From: Smithellaceae bacterium
GTDB taxonomy: Bacteria; Desulfobacterota; Syntrophia; Syntrophales; Smithellaceae
DNA: 64,000 nt
Direction of reading: 5' to 3'
Assembly (NCBI GenBank): GCA_963667845.2
Contig: CAXXVL010000002.1
Coordinates: 576,001-640,000, forward strand
The notes under the pieces were generated by a model. It had not been told where the DNA came from, did no database searches, and saw only the letters and a list, made by a program, of their open reading frames with translations. Numbering within the stretch: the stretch's first letter is position 1; the number at the start of each line of letters is the position of its first letter. Shown here piece after piece: positions 20,985-31,654 of this stretch. The position numbers were made by a program, and so were the translations under genes.

Positions 20985-22553
20985 ATGAACAGACAATTTA
21001 CGTACATCGCCATCATTGTCTTTGCAATTCTCCTTGCGCCCCTTTTTTTGGTACCGGCGCATGCCGCCTCATCGCCGAACGTGACCCTGGATCGCGACCT
21101 TTACCGCGATATCGAATTCTGGGCAGCCGAAGGCCTCGTCACCAGCAATATGAACTCGATCCGGCCTTTTTCCGGAAGTGAAGTTGGCAGACAATTGGCC
21201 GAAGCGCTGGACAAATGCAACGCCATGGCGACGCCCTCCGCTACCTGCCGGGATATTCAAAATCGCTACGCACAGCTTTTCGAAGCGGAAATCGCCGAGG
21301 CGCGCTCGCCGAATAATATCTCTCATACTTACATCAAACCCCTGGAAGCTCTTACCTTGAGCTACAACTATGAGAGTGGTCCATTCTCCACTTACAACAA
21401 TGAAGGCATTGACCGCGGCAAAGGCAGCAACGCCGTTCTCCGGGTGCAGTCTCAGGCCCGGGTCGGGCAAGTGCTTTCCTTTTTTGTCGAGCCCGCCTTG
21501 ATTTACAATCAGCACTTTGGCCGGGAAGAAGACGGCGAAGGCGGCACGAGGACTACTTTGCGACTCCATAAGGGCTACGCCAAACTGACCGTTTGTAATG
21601 TTGAACTGGAGGCAGGCAGGGATTCCCTGTGGTGGGGGCCGGGTTACCACGGCTCGCTTCTCATGTCCAACAACGCCCATCCGTTTGACATGATCAAATT
21701 ATCCAACCCCGAGCCGGTGCGTCTGCCGTGGATTTTTTCTTATCTCGGGCATTGGCAATTCAACCTGATATTTTCTCAACTAAATGACGAGCGAACGGGC
21801 ACTGAATTGGCCAATCCTTTTCTATACGGCATGCGGCTGGGCTTGAAGCCGCTTCAATATCTTGAGCTGGGCGCGTCCCATCTGGTCGTGTTTGGCGGCC
21901 CCGGGCGACGCAACCTGAGTCTGGGCGAAATCAACCAGATTCTCTTTGGCAATGCCGACAGAAGTGGAGAGGAAACGGAAAGCAACCAGGAGGTTGCAGT
22001 TGACTTTGCCCTGACCCTGCCCAATCTGAAGAAATACATTTTTGTAGCCGACGGAATCAAACTGTATGGTGAAATCGGCGCGGAGGATAACGGCGTCCCC
22101 CCCACCAGCCGCGCCTGGCTTGCCGGACTGGCCATCTTTAAGCCATTCGGTTTGGAAAGATCCGCCATTCGAGGAGAGTATGCAACGACAGTTTTAGGAC
22201 CATACAACACGCCTGCTTCCTGGTATGTACATTCGGCATATCCGATGCGCTATGAAGGCCGTGTCTTCGGACACCATATGGGCACCGAAGCAGACGATTA
22301 TTTTGTCGAATGGTCGCACAGTTTTGAAAAGATTTATTACAAGCTGAGTTTCGATCTGGAAAGAAGCGGTTACAAGACCAAACCCTCGGCCCAGACCAAG
22401 AAACAGTACCTGGGAGAAATAGGCTATCGATTCACCTACAACACGAATCTCACCTTGAGGTATTCGTATGAAGACATCGACAACCTCGACTATATTGAAA
22501 ATCAAAGTCAGAAAAACCACTTCATCGGCCTAGACGCCGCTATCTATTTCTAA
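20985..22553 (+). CDS. Capsule assembly Wzi family outer membrane protein
   Basis: Signal peptide, GRDSLWWGPGYHGSLLMSNNA motif, C-terminal aromatic barrel strand; GGAGG before ATG 20985. Confidence 0.85.
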   Translation: MNRQFTYIAIIVFAILLAPLFLVPAHAASSPNVTLDRDLYRDIEFWAAEGLVTSNMNSIRPFSGSEVGRQLAEALDKCNAMATPSATCRDIQNRYAQLFEAEIAEARSPNNISHTYIKPLEALTLSYNYESGPFSTYNNEGIDRGKGSNAVLRVQSQARVGQVLSFFVEPALIYNQHFGREEDGEGGTRTTLRLHKGYAKLTVCNVELEAGRDSLWWGPGYHGSLLMSNNAHPFDMIKLSNPEPVRLPWIFSYLGHWQFNLIFSQLNDERTGTELANPFLYGMRLGLKPLQYLELGASHLVVFGGPGRRNLSLGEINQILFGNADRSGEETESNQEVAVDFALTLPNLKKYIFVADGIKLYGEIGAEDNGVPPTSRAWLAGLAIFKPFGLERSAIRGEYATTVLGPYNTPASWYVHSAYPMRYEGRVFGHHMGTEADDYFVEWSHSFEKIYYKLSFDLERSGYKTKPSAQTKKQYLGEIGYRFTYNTNLTLRYSYEDIDNLDYIENQSQKNHFIGLDAAIYF

Positions 22554-22600
22554 GCTGAATTATTTAATCTCAACTCGCATTCCACGGTCACCGCATAAAC

Positions 22601-22625
22601 AAAAACCCCCGGCCAAACCGAGGGT
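22601..22625 (-). terminator. Probable intrinsic terminator ending the minus-strand polysaccharide locus
   Basis: Minus strand reads ACCCTCGG-TTTGG-CCGGGGGT-TTTT, between convergent genes. Confidence 0.55.
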
Positions 22626-22687
22626 CCTTTTATTAGTTTCCGGCCGCCGCCGGACTATACGTTTCTAACGTAAGACTTTTTTTTTTA

Positions 22688-22818
22688 ACTTAAAACTTAA
22701 ATCTTAAAACTTAAAACTGTTTTTATTTCACTTAAACCTTAAATCTTTTTCCTTCACTTTTCACTTTTCATCATTCACTTTTCACGTTTTTTTACTTAAC
22801 TACTTAAAACTTAAAACT
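22688..22818 (+). repeat. Compound heptamer arrays
   Basis: ACTTAAA-type blocks at 22688-22718, 22730-22746 and 22794-22818; TTCACTT-type at 22753-22786. Confidence 0.92.
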
Positions 22819-22830
22819 TTCTTTTGCGTC

Positions 22831-23391
22831 CTAATGCGTCACTCCTTCGCGCGTGATCACTTTCAAAAACGTCATCCAGAGAATTCTTAAATCGAAAAGG
22901 AAAGAGTGGTGCTTTAGATAATACTCATCAAAGCTTACCTTGACTGGAATCGGCAGTTCATCACGTCCATTAATCTGAGCCCAGCCCGTAATTCCCGGAA
23001 TTAAATGGTGAACACTTTTGGCCGTCCGCAGAGCAATCAGATCGTCTTGATTGAACAGGGCTGGTCGTGGACCGACAAAACTCATATCCCCTTTCAAAAC
23101 GCTCCACAACTGCGGTAATTCATCAAGGCTTGATTTTCTCAAAAAAGTACCGATGGGTGTCATATGCGCGTAAGGATCTTTCATCAAATGAGTAGCAACC
23201 TCGGGTGTGCCAATCTGCATTGTTCTGAACTTAGGCATTTTGAAAATCTTATTATGCAAGCCTACGCGATCCGACCAATGCAAAACGGGGCCCGTGGAAG
23301 TCAGTTTCACGAATAGCGCAATAATCAAAACGGGCGGCAACAAGACCAACACCAAACAAATGGAAACAAACAAATCAAAAAGTCTTTTCAA
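22831..23391 (-). CDS. Monotopic phosphoglycosyl transferase (bacterial sugar transferase)
   Basis: KRLFD, KFRTM, LRKSSLDELPQL, GDMSFVGPRP, PGITGWAQING. Confidence 0.92.
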   Translation of the reverse strand: MKRLFDLFVSICLVLVLLPPVLIIALFVKLTSTGPVLHWSDRVGLHNKIFKMPKFRTMQIGTPEVATHLMKDPYAHMTPIGTFLRKSSLDELPQLWSVLKGDMSFVGPRPALFNQDDLIALRTAKSVHHLIPGITGWAQINGRDELPIPVKVSFDEYYLKHHSFLFDLRILWMTFLKVITREGVTH

Positions 23392-23397
23392 TCTAGT

Positions 23398-23505
23398 AAT
23401 CCAAAATCAAGAATCCAAAATTTATAATTATTTCTTTATTGTACTATCCACTATTCACCATGAACTATGCGCTATGAGCCATCAGCTATGAGCCGCGAGC
23501 TGCGC
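23398..23505 (+). repeat. Heptamer arrays, one drifting in consensus
   Basis: AATCCAA-type x4 (23398-23425); ACTATCC changing to GCTATGA over 9 units (23443-23505), containing the upstream gene's stop. Confidence 0.9.
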
Positions 23506-24709
23506 TCGCCATCACCTTCTCCACCACAGCTATCGTATCTTTCATATCCTCTTCCGATAATGTCGGATGAACAAGAAACATCATGGAGGTATCGCCCAGC
23601 TCTCGAGCAATCGGCAACCTTCCAGTAGGACGCAGGCCTTCGGCATCGAAAGCCTTTTCCATGTACATTTCACTGCAGCTACCTGTAAAGCAAGGTATGC
23701 CTTCAGCATTGATAGCGACGATAACCCGTTCGCGGTTCCAGCCCTGTTTCAGCATTTCAGGTTTAATAAACACATAATACTTATAGTAGGCATGGGAAAT
23801 ATCATCAGGCGGCTCTGTCACACGCAGCGCCGGAATATTCAAAAAAGCTTTAGTTAAAATGCCGGCATTGCGCCTGCGTTTTTCAATCCAGTCGGGCAGC
23901 TTGCGAAGTTGAATCCGCCCGATGGCTGCCTGCATTTCCGTCATCCGCCAGTTTGTTCCAAACGATTCATGCAACCATTTAAAAGACGGACCGGGCTTGA
24001 GATCATTATTACTGTACACGGCATCGTAACTTTTGCCGTGGTCCTTGTACGACCAGACTTTCGACCAGATATCTTTCTTGTTCGTCACTACCATGCCACC
24101 CTCACCGCCGGTGGTCATTATCTTGTCCTGACAAAAAGAAAAAGCAGCTGCATCGCCAAAAGAACCTATCGGGCGATCTTTATAAAAAGCGCCGGATGCC
24201 TGCGCGCAATCTTCTATTACCGCAAGCCCGCGTTTTTCGGCCAAAGCCATAATCGCATCCATTTCACAGGGCCACCCGGCCAGATGAACTGCAATGATCG
24301 CACGGGTGCGGCTTGTGATGACTTTTTCAATTGTTTCCACAGTAATATTTTGACTGTTCCGATCCACATCGGCAAACACAGGTTTTGCGCCGCGCATGAC
24401 CGCGCAGCTTGCCGAAGCGATATAACTACGGGGAGTCACAATGACATCATCACCGTTACTAATATTCAAAGCCATCAAGGCGACTTCCAGAGCCACTGTA
24501 CCATTCATCATGGCCACGGCGTAATTCACGCCGATGCTTGAGGCGAACTCTTTTTCAAACAAACGGCCTTCTTCTCCCGTCCAGTAATTAACTTTGCCCG
24601 ATTGAAGCACACTGGACACAGCCGCAATTTCGTCACTGGCAAAGAAGGGCCAAGGCGGGAGATGGTTGGTACGGACGGGGGCTTCACCATTCATAATTGC
24701 TTTACTCAT
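23486..24709 (-). CDS. DegT/DnrJ/EryC1/StrS sugar aminotransferase
   Basis: NGTVAL, IEDCAQA, FSFCQDKIMTTGGEGG, NWRMTEMQAA. Confidence 0.92.
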   Translation of the reverse strand: MSKAIMNGEAPVRTNHLPPWPFFASDEIAAVSSVLQSGKVNYWTGEEGRLFEKEFASSIGVNYAVAMMNGTVALEVALMALNISNGDDVIVTPRSYIASASCAVMRGAKPVFADVDRNSQNITVETIEKVITSRTRAIIAVHLAGWPCEMDAIMALAEKRGLAVIEDCAQASGAFYKDRPIGSFGDAAAFSFCQDKIMTTGGEGGMVVTNKKDIWSKVWSYKDHGKSYDAVYSNNDLKPGPSFKWLHESFGTNWRMTEMQAAIGRIQLRKLPDWIEKRRRNAGILTKAFLNIPALRVTEPPDDISHAYYKYYVFIKPEMLKQGWNRERVIVAINAEGIPCFTGSCSEMYMEKAFDAEGLRPTGRLPIARELGDTSMMFLVHPTLSEEDMKDTIAVVEKVMASAARGS

Positions 24710-24863
24710 TTACTTTCCTCATAACAAAAAAATACATCATCATTTTGGTTACCTTGCCAAAAGAAGGCCTGCAGCAATCGGGATCCCCTACACTTTCTTT
24801 ATCTGGGTATTATTTCCACGCTGTCGCAACAGGGAAAGCATATATTCTAAACCATCTGGAAAA

Positions 24864-25487
24864 TCAGATAGATTCCGGCTTTTCTTCTCCATCGTATAGC
24901 TCTGCTAATAGTTGTTTCTCCATGCTTTGCATATCAACCACTTGTCGCGTATCTACTCTACGCGCTGGTGTACCAACATAAATGCCACTTTGCTCCAAGT
25001 CCTTCAAAACCAGGGTGTTTGACCCTGTCGCCGCATAGTCACCAATAGAAACATTTGGGTGAACAACTGTATTTGTCCCCAAAATTACATGCCTGCCTAT
25101 TTTAACAACACCACCATAAAGGTGAGGCTTGTATTTCTTCGGAACACATGGATTCGTCAAACTTCTACCGGAAAAATCATCCGAACCAGTAATGATCCGA
25201 CAGCCGGCTGATAAACCGGAAAAATCTTTCATCTTAAGAACACCGCCACCAATTATTGAGCAAAATGATGATATATGTACAAACTTACCTAACGACACAC
25301 CCTTTCCTCCGGCAATTAATACAAAATCATCTACAATCGAGTAGTCATCGATTTCGACCATGCTTGGGTTAGCAATTTTGGCTAGTGGACGAATGGTAAC
25401 TCCCTTTCCGCAATACTTTAAGAGTTGCTTAACATTATCACCCATTAAATGGCCTTCCAAAATCATATCAGGATGCATCGTCGTCAT
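24864..25487 (-). CDS. Hexapeptide-repeat acyl/acetyltransferase
   Basis: LbH repeats, VKIGRHVILG, IYVGTPA. Confidence 0.85.
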   Translation of the reverse strand: MTTMHPDMILEGHLMGDNVKQLLKYCGKGVTIRPLAKIANPSMVEIDDYSIVDDFVLIAGGKGVSLGKFVHISSFCSIIGGGVLKMKDFSGLSAGCRIITGSDDFSGRSLTNPCVPKKYKPHLYGGVVKIGRHVILGTNTVVHPNVSIGDYAATGSNTLVLKDLEQSGIYVGTPARRVDTRQVVDMQSMEKQLLAELYDGEEKPESI

Positions 25488-26119
25488 AGCTTTTCACCCA
25501 TGAATTCTTCGGCAGTTGCCTGTCCCGGTTGGTTTATCCCTTCGCGCCTGATAATCTTCCGGATCGTAATAAAAATAATCTTCACATCCAGCCAAATTGC
25601 TCTATTATCGACATACCAGACATCCAATCTAAATTTTTCTTCCCAGGTTATGGCATTACGACCATTGATCTGCGCCCAGCCGGTGATGCCCGGCTTCACC
25701 TCATGCCGCCTTGCCTGTTCCGGCGTATAGCGATTAAGGTATTGCATGAGCAATGGTCTGGGTCCCACCAGACGCATGTCGCCTTTCAGAACATTAAAGA
25801 GTTCGGGCAATTCATCCAGACTTGTAACGCGCAGAAAGCGACCAAAGAGCGTCAGACGATCCCCATCGGGCAGCAACCCGCCATCACTCCCCCTTACGTC
25901 AGTCATCGTGCGAAATTTAAAAATGGCAAAAGGCTTCCCATGTAAGCCTGGTCGAATCTGTTTAAACAACACCGGGCGGCCCAATCGAATGCGCACCAGT
26001 AACGCGGCAACAGCAAGAATTGGTGAAAACACGATAAGCGCCGGAACGGTCAATGCCACATCAAATATGCGCTGAACCACGGAAAGATAAAACTTGTTTT
26101 TACTTTTGCCAGATGACAT
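25484..26119 (-). CDS. Monotopic phosphoglycosyl transferase, PglC-like
   Basis: QIRPGLHGKPF, KFRTM, LDELPEL, VGPRPLL, KPGITGWAQINGRN. Confidence 0.92.
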   Translation of the reverse strand: MSSGKSKNKFYLSVVQRIFDVALTVPALIVFSPILAVAALLVRIRLGRPVLFKQIRPGLHGKPFAIFKFRTMTDVRGSDGGLLPDGDRLTLFGRFLRVTSLDELPELFNVLKGDMRLVGPRPLLMQYLNRYTPEQARRHEVKPGITGWAQINGRNAITWEEKFRLDVWYVDNRAIWLDVKIIFITIRKIIRREGINQPGQATAEEFMGEKL

Positions 26120-26134
26120 TTGAAGAGCTCTTTC

Positions 26135-27361
26135 TCATTTATCCACGCAAGCATCCAGTGTCTCTGCTAAGCGGCCAGCTAACTGATTATAGCTATGATT
26201 CGCTGCCACATAGCAATGCCCAGCGCAGCCCATGCGATACCGCTCCGGTGCTGTCATATTTGACACTGCAAGGATAGCCTGCGTTAATGCTGCAAGATCA
26301 CCAGGCGGTACTGTAATACCAGCTTGAGCATCATCAACAGGGTTGTTTGAGGCATCGCTGCAAAATATGACCGGCCTGGCTCCTGCCATAAAATCGAAAA
26401 GCTTATTTGAACTAATTCCGTACCGAAACACGGGAGCATCTATCAAGTTGAACACAAAGGCATCGGCCTCAGAGGCTAAAACGGGGATATCCTTTTTGGG
26501 AACAGGCGGTTCAAAAGAAACATCCTTTAATTCCAACGCCTCTGCCAATCTCATCAACGCCGGTTTTAATGGTCCGCCACCAATAAGACGCAACCTTATC
26601 GCCCCAGGGGATACCTGTTTGGAAGCTAACTTCATCGCACGCAGTAAGATGTCTAGCCCATTAGCTTGTCCATGTGCACCGAAATACATCAGCACGAAAG
26701 GATCGCCGTCCTGCCTCAATCGCGGACTAGGTTCAGGGAATGCAGACACGTCAACACCATTGGGAATCCAGACAACTCTTTCTGCAGGGATACCGAGAGG
26801 CGCGATGTAATCCACTGCCCGTGGAAGCAATACCACAATGCGAGTTGACTGGCGGTAAAGCCATAGCTCAAGGCGACGAAGAGCCCAAGTCACTAAGCTC
26901 CCTTCCTTGAGACGCCCCATATCGATTAGTGTTTGCGGCCACAGGTCGCGGACCTCAAATATGAACGGCACCCGATGCCGACGGGCCAGTAATGAACCTG
27001 CGAGCGCGGCAAAAGGATGCACACTCGATCCGATGATTACATCAGGTTTTGGCAAGCCCCGTGTGTAACGTGGCAATAGGGCACGAACGCTGTACGCCAG
27101 CATATTCAGCGCTCGTCCGACACCATTACCTTCATACTTTGGCGTATGAATCCAAAGAAAAGGTACCCCCTCGTTACACTCCAACCTGAAATTTTCACCA
27201 GCAGCAAGCCGCTGTCGGCCACTGTTGATTTCAGTACTTGCAGCAATGATCGTGGCCTGCCAACCAAACATTGGCAGGTTATTAGCTAAATTGAAATGGC
27301 GCGTACCACCTGCGCCACCAGGCTCAACGGCGTGATGATTAAGTATCCAGAGCTGTTTCAT
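26135..27361 (-). CDS. Glycosyltransferase family 4 (WbuB-like)
   Basis: FEVRDLWP, IPNGVD, YFGAHGQANGL, SNKLFDFMA. Confidence 0.88.
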   Translation of the reverse strand: MKQLWILNHHAVEPGGAGGTRHFNLANNLPMFGWQATIIAASTEINSGRQRLAAGENFRLECNEGVPFLWIHTPKYEGNGVGRALNMLAYSVRALLPRYTRGLPKPDVIIGSSVHPFAALAGSLLARRHRVPFIFEVRDLWPQTLIDMGRLKEGSLVTWALRRLELWLYRQSTRIVVLLPRAVDYIAPLGIPAERVVWIPNGVDVSAFPEPSPRLRQDGDPFVLMYFGAHGQANGLDILLRAMKLASKQVSPGAIRLRLIGGGPLKPALMRLAEALELKDVSFEPPVPKKDIPVLASEADAFVFNLIDAPVFRYGISSNKLFDFMAGARPVIFCSDASNNPVDDAQAGITVPPGDLAALTQAILAVSNMTAPERYRMGCAGHCYVAANHSYNQLAGRLAETLDACVDK

Positions 27362-27470
27362 ACCAGAAGTACCTCGCAAGCCAAGCTAAGTCTATAATAG
27401 CTTGATTTAGCGTTTGGCTGATGTTGAGCGTGCCAAGCAACCATGTCGGACGCTGCAGTATTGTTGTGTA

Positions 27471-28469
27471 TCAATGATGTGCATTAAAGTTTTCCAGCAT
27501 CTGCTTATATGTATTCACAATTTTATTGCTTGTCGAAGATAGATCCATTTCCAATACATGACGACGAAGATCTGGTTCATGGTCAGGAGAAGATAAGACA
27601 TCTATGATGTTGTTCGCAATGATCGCCGGATCAGGCGGGCAAATCCGGCAAATTTCCTCTTGTTTTGCAATCTCAGCAAGATCACTTACATCTGTGGAAA
27701 TAAAAGGTACGTTGCATGCCAGTGCTTCCTTGATGGAATTAGGCCACCCTTCCTTTTCAGATGTGCATAAAATCAAGTCACAAGCCGCCACAAAGAGTGG
27801 CATGTCACTATGAGGTATATCCGTAGCGACGCGCATCCTCAAATTGCCTATTCGAGCATTCGCGCGATCAAAAGCGTCTTTAGCCAGAGCATAGCGCTTC
27901 AAGCCGTTGCTGGTTTTAACTGACGTGAACAATACCCACTTTTCCTGATTGTCAGGATAGCCCAATGCAGCACGGGCCTTTATTTTATCGTACGGAACAA
28001 AATGTGTTAAGTTGATGGGGGACGGCATGACGGTAAGAGGACAATTCGGGTAAAGACTCTTTATTTCTGATGCAATACGGTTGGAAACCGGGAAGACAGC
28101 ATTATACTGATTGATAACTATGCGCGTCATTAGACGCGCTAAACGAGTGTGAAGGAAAGGGAAGATATTTGTTTCCCTTCGGATTGTCCAGTCACTGCCT
28201 CGTACAGACAGCACTTTGGGGATTCCTGTTGCTGCCGCAGTTACTACGGCGCAGGCAGATCCATATTGGGCATGTATGAGATCGTATTTGCCTGACAATT
28301 GCTTGACACATTTACGTGCTTTTAATAAACCCTTTATTGAGCGAAGGTTTCCAACGTACAATAGGGTAAGATCCACGCCAAGTTTGCGAACACCATCCGC
28401 AGAGATGTGCATGAAAACACCGCTGTTCATTATCGCTGGGTCAAAATTATGTATCCAAAGAACCTTCAT
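27471..28469 (-). CDS. Glycosyltransferase family 4
   Basis: HAQYG, EGWPNSIKEALACNVPFISTDV (EX7E motif). Confidence 0.85.
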   Translation of the reverse strand: MKVLWIHNFDPAIMNSGVFMHISADGVRKLGVDLTLLYVGNLRSIKGLLKARKCVKQLSGKYDLIHAQYGSACAVVTAAATGIPKVLSVRGSDWTIRRETNIFPFLHTRLARLMTRIVINQYNAVFPVSNRIASEIKSLYPNCPLTVMPSPINLTHFVPYDKIKARAALGYPDNQEKWVLFTSVKTSNGLKRYALAKDAFDRANARIGNLRMRVATDIPHSDMPLFVAACDLILCTSEKEGWPNSIKEALACNVPFISTDVSDLAEIAKQEEICRICPPDPAIIANNIIDVLSSPDHEPDLRRHVLEMDLSSTSNKIVNTYKQMLENFNAHH

Positions 28470-28534
28470 TTTATCACATTAGCATCATCTTGGTTTACGA
28501 CAGCGCCCCTCAAAGATATTTATTTGCCTTCCGT

Positions 28535-30430
28535 TCAAGTGATACGAATGTTCATCTTATTCGCCCAAACCACCAAGTTAAGAACTTTCCACAAAAGAGG
28601 TGCGTGATTCTGGCGGCCGGTAATCGTTCGCTCAAATAATTTATGAATATAACAAATATCCAGGACTTCAGGTTGTTCTCGTGCAAACTTGGATAGATGA
28701 TCGAAAAACAATGGTTTAAGTGATGTTTGGAGCCAAGCCCCAAAAGGAACGCCGAAGCCCGTTTTGCGGCCATAGAGAATCTCATCGGGAACGATACCGC
28801 TGAGAGCCGACTTCAGCAGCCATTTCTTCTTTCCGAAGGGTATTTTGCGCTTGCTCGGAAGTTGCACGACATAATCTACCAAATCATTGTCTAGAAAAGG
28901 CACACGGACCTCAAGACTTGCAGCCATGGTAGCTCGATCAACTTTTTCAAGATAAATGTCAGGCAAGATAACCATTAAATCAACCAAAGACATCTGTTTA
29001 CCGATGTCATGTTCGGTGAAAGATTGTTGGCACACGCGATACCGGACAAACGGATCAGATTGCTCAATCACCTGACGAAATCGCGGAGAAAATATGGCTG
29101 ATGGTTTTGACTGCTGATCCTCAATGGTCAGTAACAGTGCCATCGTTGAAGCGAGATCCTCGGCAGCAAAAGCATTTAAGTAACGCCGCACGCGGTAGTG
29201 AAAAGCAGATTTAGGTGTCATACTGTAAAGATGACGCACAAGTTGCGCCATGTTATGCATCCAGCCATAATGACTTAATGTGGAATAGCGCCTGTAGCCC
29301 CCAAACAATTCGTCACCTCCATCCCCTTGCAGGACAACTTTAATCTGCGCGCTAATCTGCGAGGCCATAAGAGATAAAGGGATATTTGCTGCATCCCAGA
29401 AAGGCATATCATGATGATCAACCATCTTCTCAACCAGATAGCCGACATCAACACCTGCGATATGAATTTCGTGATGTTCTGTCCCATAAAGTGCTGCAAC
29501 GCGCTTCGCCTTGGGAAGCTCTCCGCCGTCCTGTGCAAAATCAAATCCAGCTGAGTAGGTTGCCAGGCGCCCCTTGTAATGCCGGGATGCAAAAGCGGCA
29601 ATAGCGCTTGAATCAACACCGCCAGACAAGAATAATCCGACTGGCACATCACTCACGAGTTGTCGCCTGACGGCCTCCTCAAGCAACCGTCTCGTTTCAG
29701 AAATCATGTCCCGCGTATTATGACAAACTGTATCTGATCGACCAGCCTGTTCGTTGAGCGACCAATATTCATGGATCACACACTGAAATGATTTGAGATC
29801 AAGTTCAAGGTAATGCCCGGGTAATAACTGCTTGATGCCCTGATAGAGCGTGCGGCCGCCCAGAGAATTGCCGTAATATAACCACTCATGGAACGAGTCA
29901 ATATTGCATGCCGGCGGATCTTTGCTTAAAGTTAAAATCCCCTTAATTTCCGATGCAAACATCAGGCATTGGTCATCCAAACGATAATAGAGAGGTTTGA
30001 TGCCAAGCCGGTCGCGCACCAGCCACAACTTCTGCAACTGCTTGTCGTAAAGTGCAAAAGCAAACATGCCATTTAGTTTCACTAACGAGGCAAGGCCAAG
30101 TTTTTCGAACGCGCGCAGGATCACCTCCGTATCAGAGTGGGAACGAAGATTGCCGAGTGATAGTTCAACCGCTAATTCTCGAAAATTATAGACTTCCCCA
30201 TTGTATATAATAACAAATCGCCCATCGGCAGAGACCATGGGTTGATTCCCGGCGCACGAAAGATCCAGAATGCTCAGACGCACGTGCCCCAACCACAGGC
30301 TTTGGTCAGAAAACTCTCCGTGAGCATCAGGGCCGCGGTGGTGCAACGCCCGAAGAGAAGACGCACAATCCACCTGACTAATGTGTTTGTTAAACGCTTG
30401 ATTTGAAGCTAATCCGGCTATGCCACACAT
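28535..30430 (-). CDS. asnB: Asparagine synthase-like glutamine amidotransferase (probable sugar amidation)
   Basis: MCGIAG, HRGPD, RLSILD, YNGEVYN, RDRLGIKPLYY, LSGGVDSS, GDGGDELFGGY. Confidence 0.9.
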   Translation of the reverse strand: MCGIAGLASNQAFNKHISQVDCASSLRALHHRGPDAHGEFSDQSLWLGHVRLSILDLSCAGNQPMVSADGRFVIIYNGEVYNFRELAVELSLGNLRSHSDTEVILRAFEKLGLASLVKLNGMFAFALYDKQLQKLWLVRDRLGIKPLYYRLDDQCLMFASEIKGILTLSKDPPACNIDSFHEWLYYGNSLGGRTLYQGIKQLLPGHYLELDLKSFQCVIHEYWSLNEQAGRSDTVCHNTRDMISETRRLLEEAVRRQLVSDVPVGLFLSGGVDSSAIAAFASRHYKGRLATYSAGFDFAQDGGELPKAKRVAALYGTEHHEIHIAGVDVGYLVEKMVDHHDMPFWDAANIPLSLMASQISAQIKVVLQGDGGDELFGGYRRYSTLSHYGWMHNMAQLVRHLYSMTPKSAFHYRVRRYLNAFAAEDLASTMALLLTIEDQQSKPSAIFSPRFRQVIEQSDPFVRYRVCQQSFTEHDIGKQMSLVDLMVILPDIYLEKVDRATMAASLEVRVPFLDNDLVDYVVQLPSKRKIPFGKKKWLLKSALSGIVPDEILYGRKTGFGVPFGAWLQTSLKPLFFDHLSKFAREQPEVLDICYIHKLFERTITGRQNHAPLLWKVLNLVVWANKMNIRIT

Positions 30431-30448
30431 ATACGCAGTAAGACCCTC

Positions 30449-31585
30449 TTATTTCAGACCAGGAGCGGAATTATTCAGACCAAGTACTTTTTCATATCGC
30501 CGTGCGATATGCTCAATACCATACTGCGCACGTAAATCGTTTAGAGATGGTTTTGCCGGTTTATTATCCAGGGCCGCAATAATTGCCTGAGCCATGGCAT
30601 CAACATCACCTCTCGGCACCAGTGCGCCGTAACGACCACCCATCAAGATTTCTCGGGGACCACTGGGACAATCCGTTGCCACCACCTGCGTGCCGACAAC
30701 CATTGCTTCCATAAGCACATTGGGAAACCCTTCGTATAAAGAAGAAAGGACAAAGACCGCGGAACGAGAGACATACTTGTAGGGATTATCGACAAAACCC
30801 GGAAGATCTACTTTCTCTTCCAGACCAAGTTCATGAATAAGTTCTGCTAAGTCGCGTCTGAGTGTCCCATCCCCAATAATCAATAGGCGGACTTCACGAT
30901 TAAGCAGTACTTTATTGACGGCCAAAATAAGGGTTTCAAAATCTTTCTCCACACCAAGTCGACCCACACCAATGATTACTGGCACTGTTTGACGGTTTAA
31001 AAAAGGGTGATCAACGACCTCGACCGATTTCTCAAGAACACGATCAACATTCAGGCCGTTTGGAATGACAAATACTTTATTCCCTGCAAGTTTTGAGTGC
31101 TTGATTAAATCTTCAGACACCCCTTCAGAGTTGGCAATAACACCCGTTGCCAAAGGATACAACCACCGACGCAATCCATTTATCACATGAGATTTGATGC
31201 CACCCTTTTGAAATTTGTTAGCAATCGAGGGAGTCGTTGCTTCACGCACATAGACGCGAACCCTGTTTCGCACCGCAAATGATGCCGCAATTGCAACTAT
31301 ATTCGCGTGAACCAGTGTGGACAAAAAGACCGCTGGGCGTTTCTGCCATAAGTAGCTAATCAAGGGCACCAGTGAACGCAGAACACCCGTCTTGTTCAGA
31401 TTAATGATTCGTATGCGGCTATCCAATACCCTGGGAGGCGAACGCACACCGTCGGCAAGCAGCAAATCCACAGTAAAGCCATCTTCTGCGAATTGATTGG
31501 CAAGACTGATCATAAAAAGCTCGGCCCCACCACCAGCAAGATTGGGTAAGAAAAGAGCAACGTCAGGTTTTACAAACACCTTCAC
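30449..31585 (-). CDS. Glycosyltransferase family 4
   Basis: GGGAE, GVGRL..EK, SSLYEGFPNVLMEAM, TDCPSGPREI. Confidence 0.9.
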   Translation of the reverse strand: MKVFVKPDVALFLPNLAGGGAELFMISLANQFAEDGFTVDLLLADGVRSPPRVLDSRIRIINLNKTGVLRSLVPLISYLWQKRPAVFLSTLVHANIVAIAASFAVRNRVRVYVREATTPSIANKFQKGGIKSHVINGLRRWLYPLATGVIANSEGVSEDLIKHSKLAGNKVFVIPNGLNVDRVLEKSVEVVDHPFLNRQTVPVIIGVGRLGVEKDFETLILAVNKVLLNREVRLLIIGDGTLRRDLAELIHELGLEEKVDLPGFVDNPYKYVSRSAVFVLSSLYEGFPNVLMEAMVVGTQVVATDCPSGPREILMGGRYGALVPRGDVDAMAQAIIAALDNKPAKPSLNDLRAQYGIEHIARRYEKVLGLNNSAPGLK

Positions 31586-31654
31586 TACCTATAGATTCTT
31601 TCTTGGCCGCAGCCATTAAAACAGTCATTCGCATTTACGACCGGAGGATACAAC

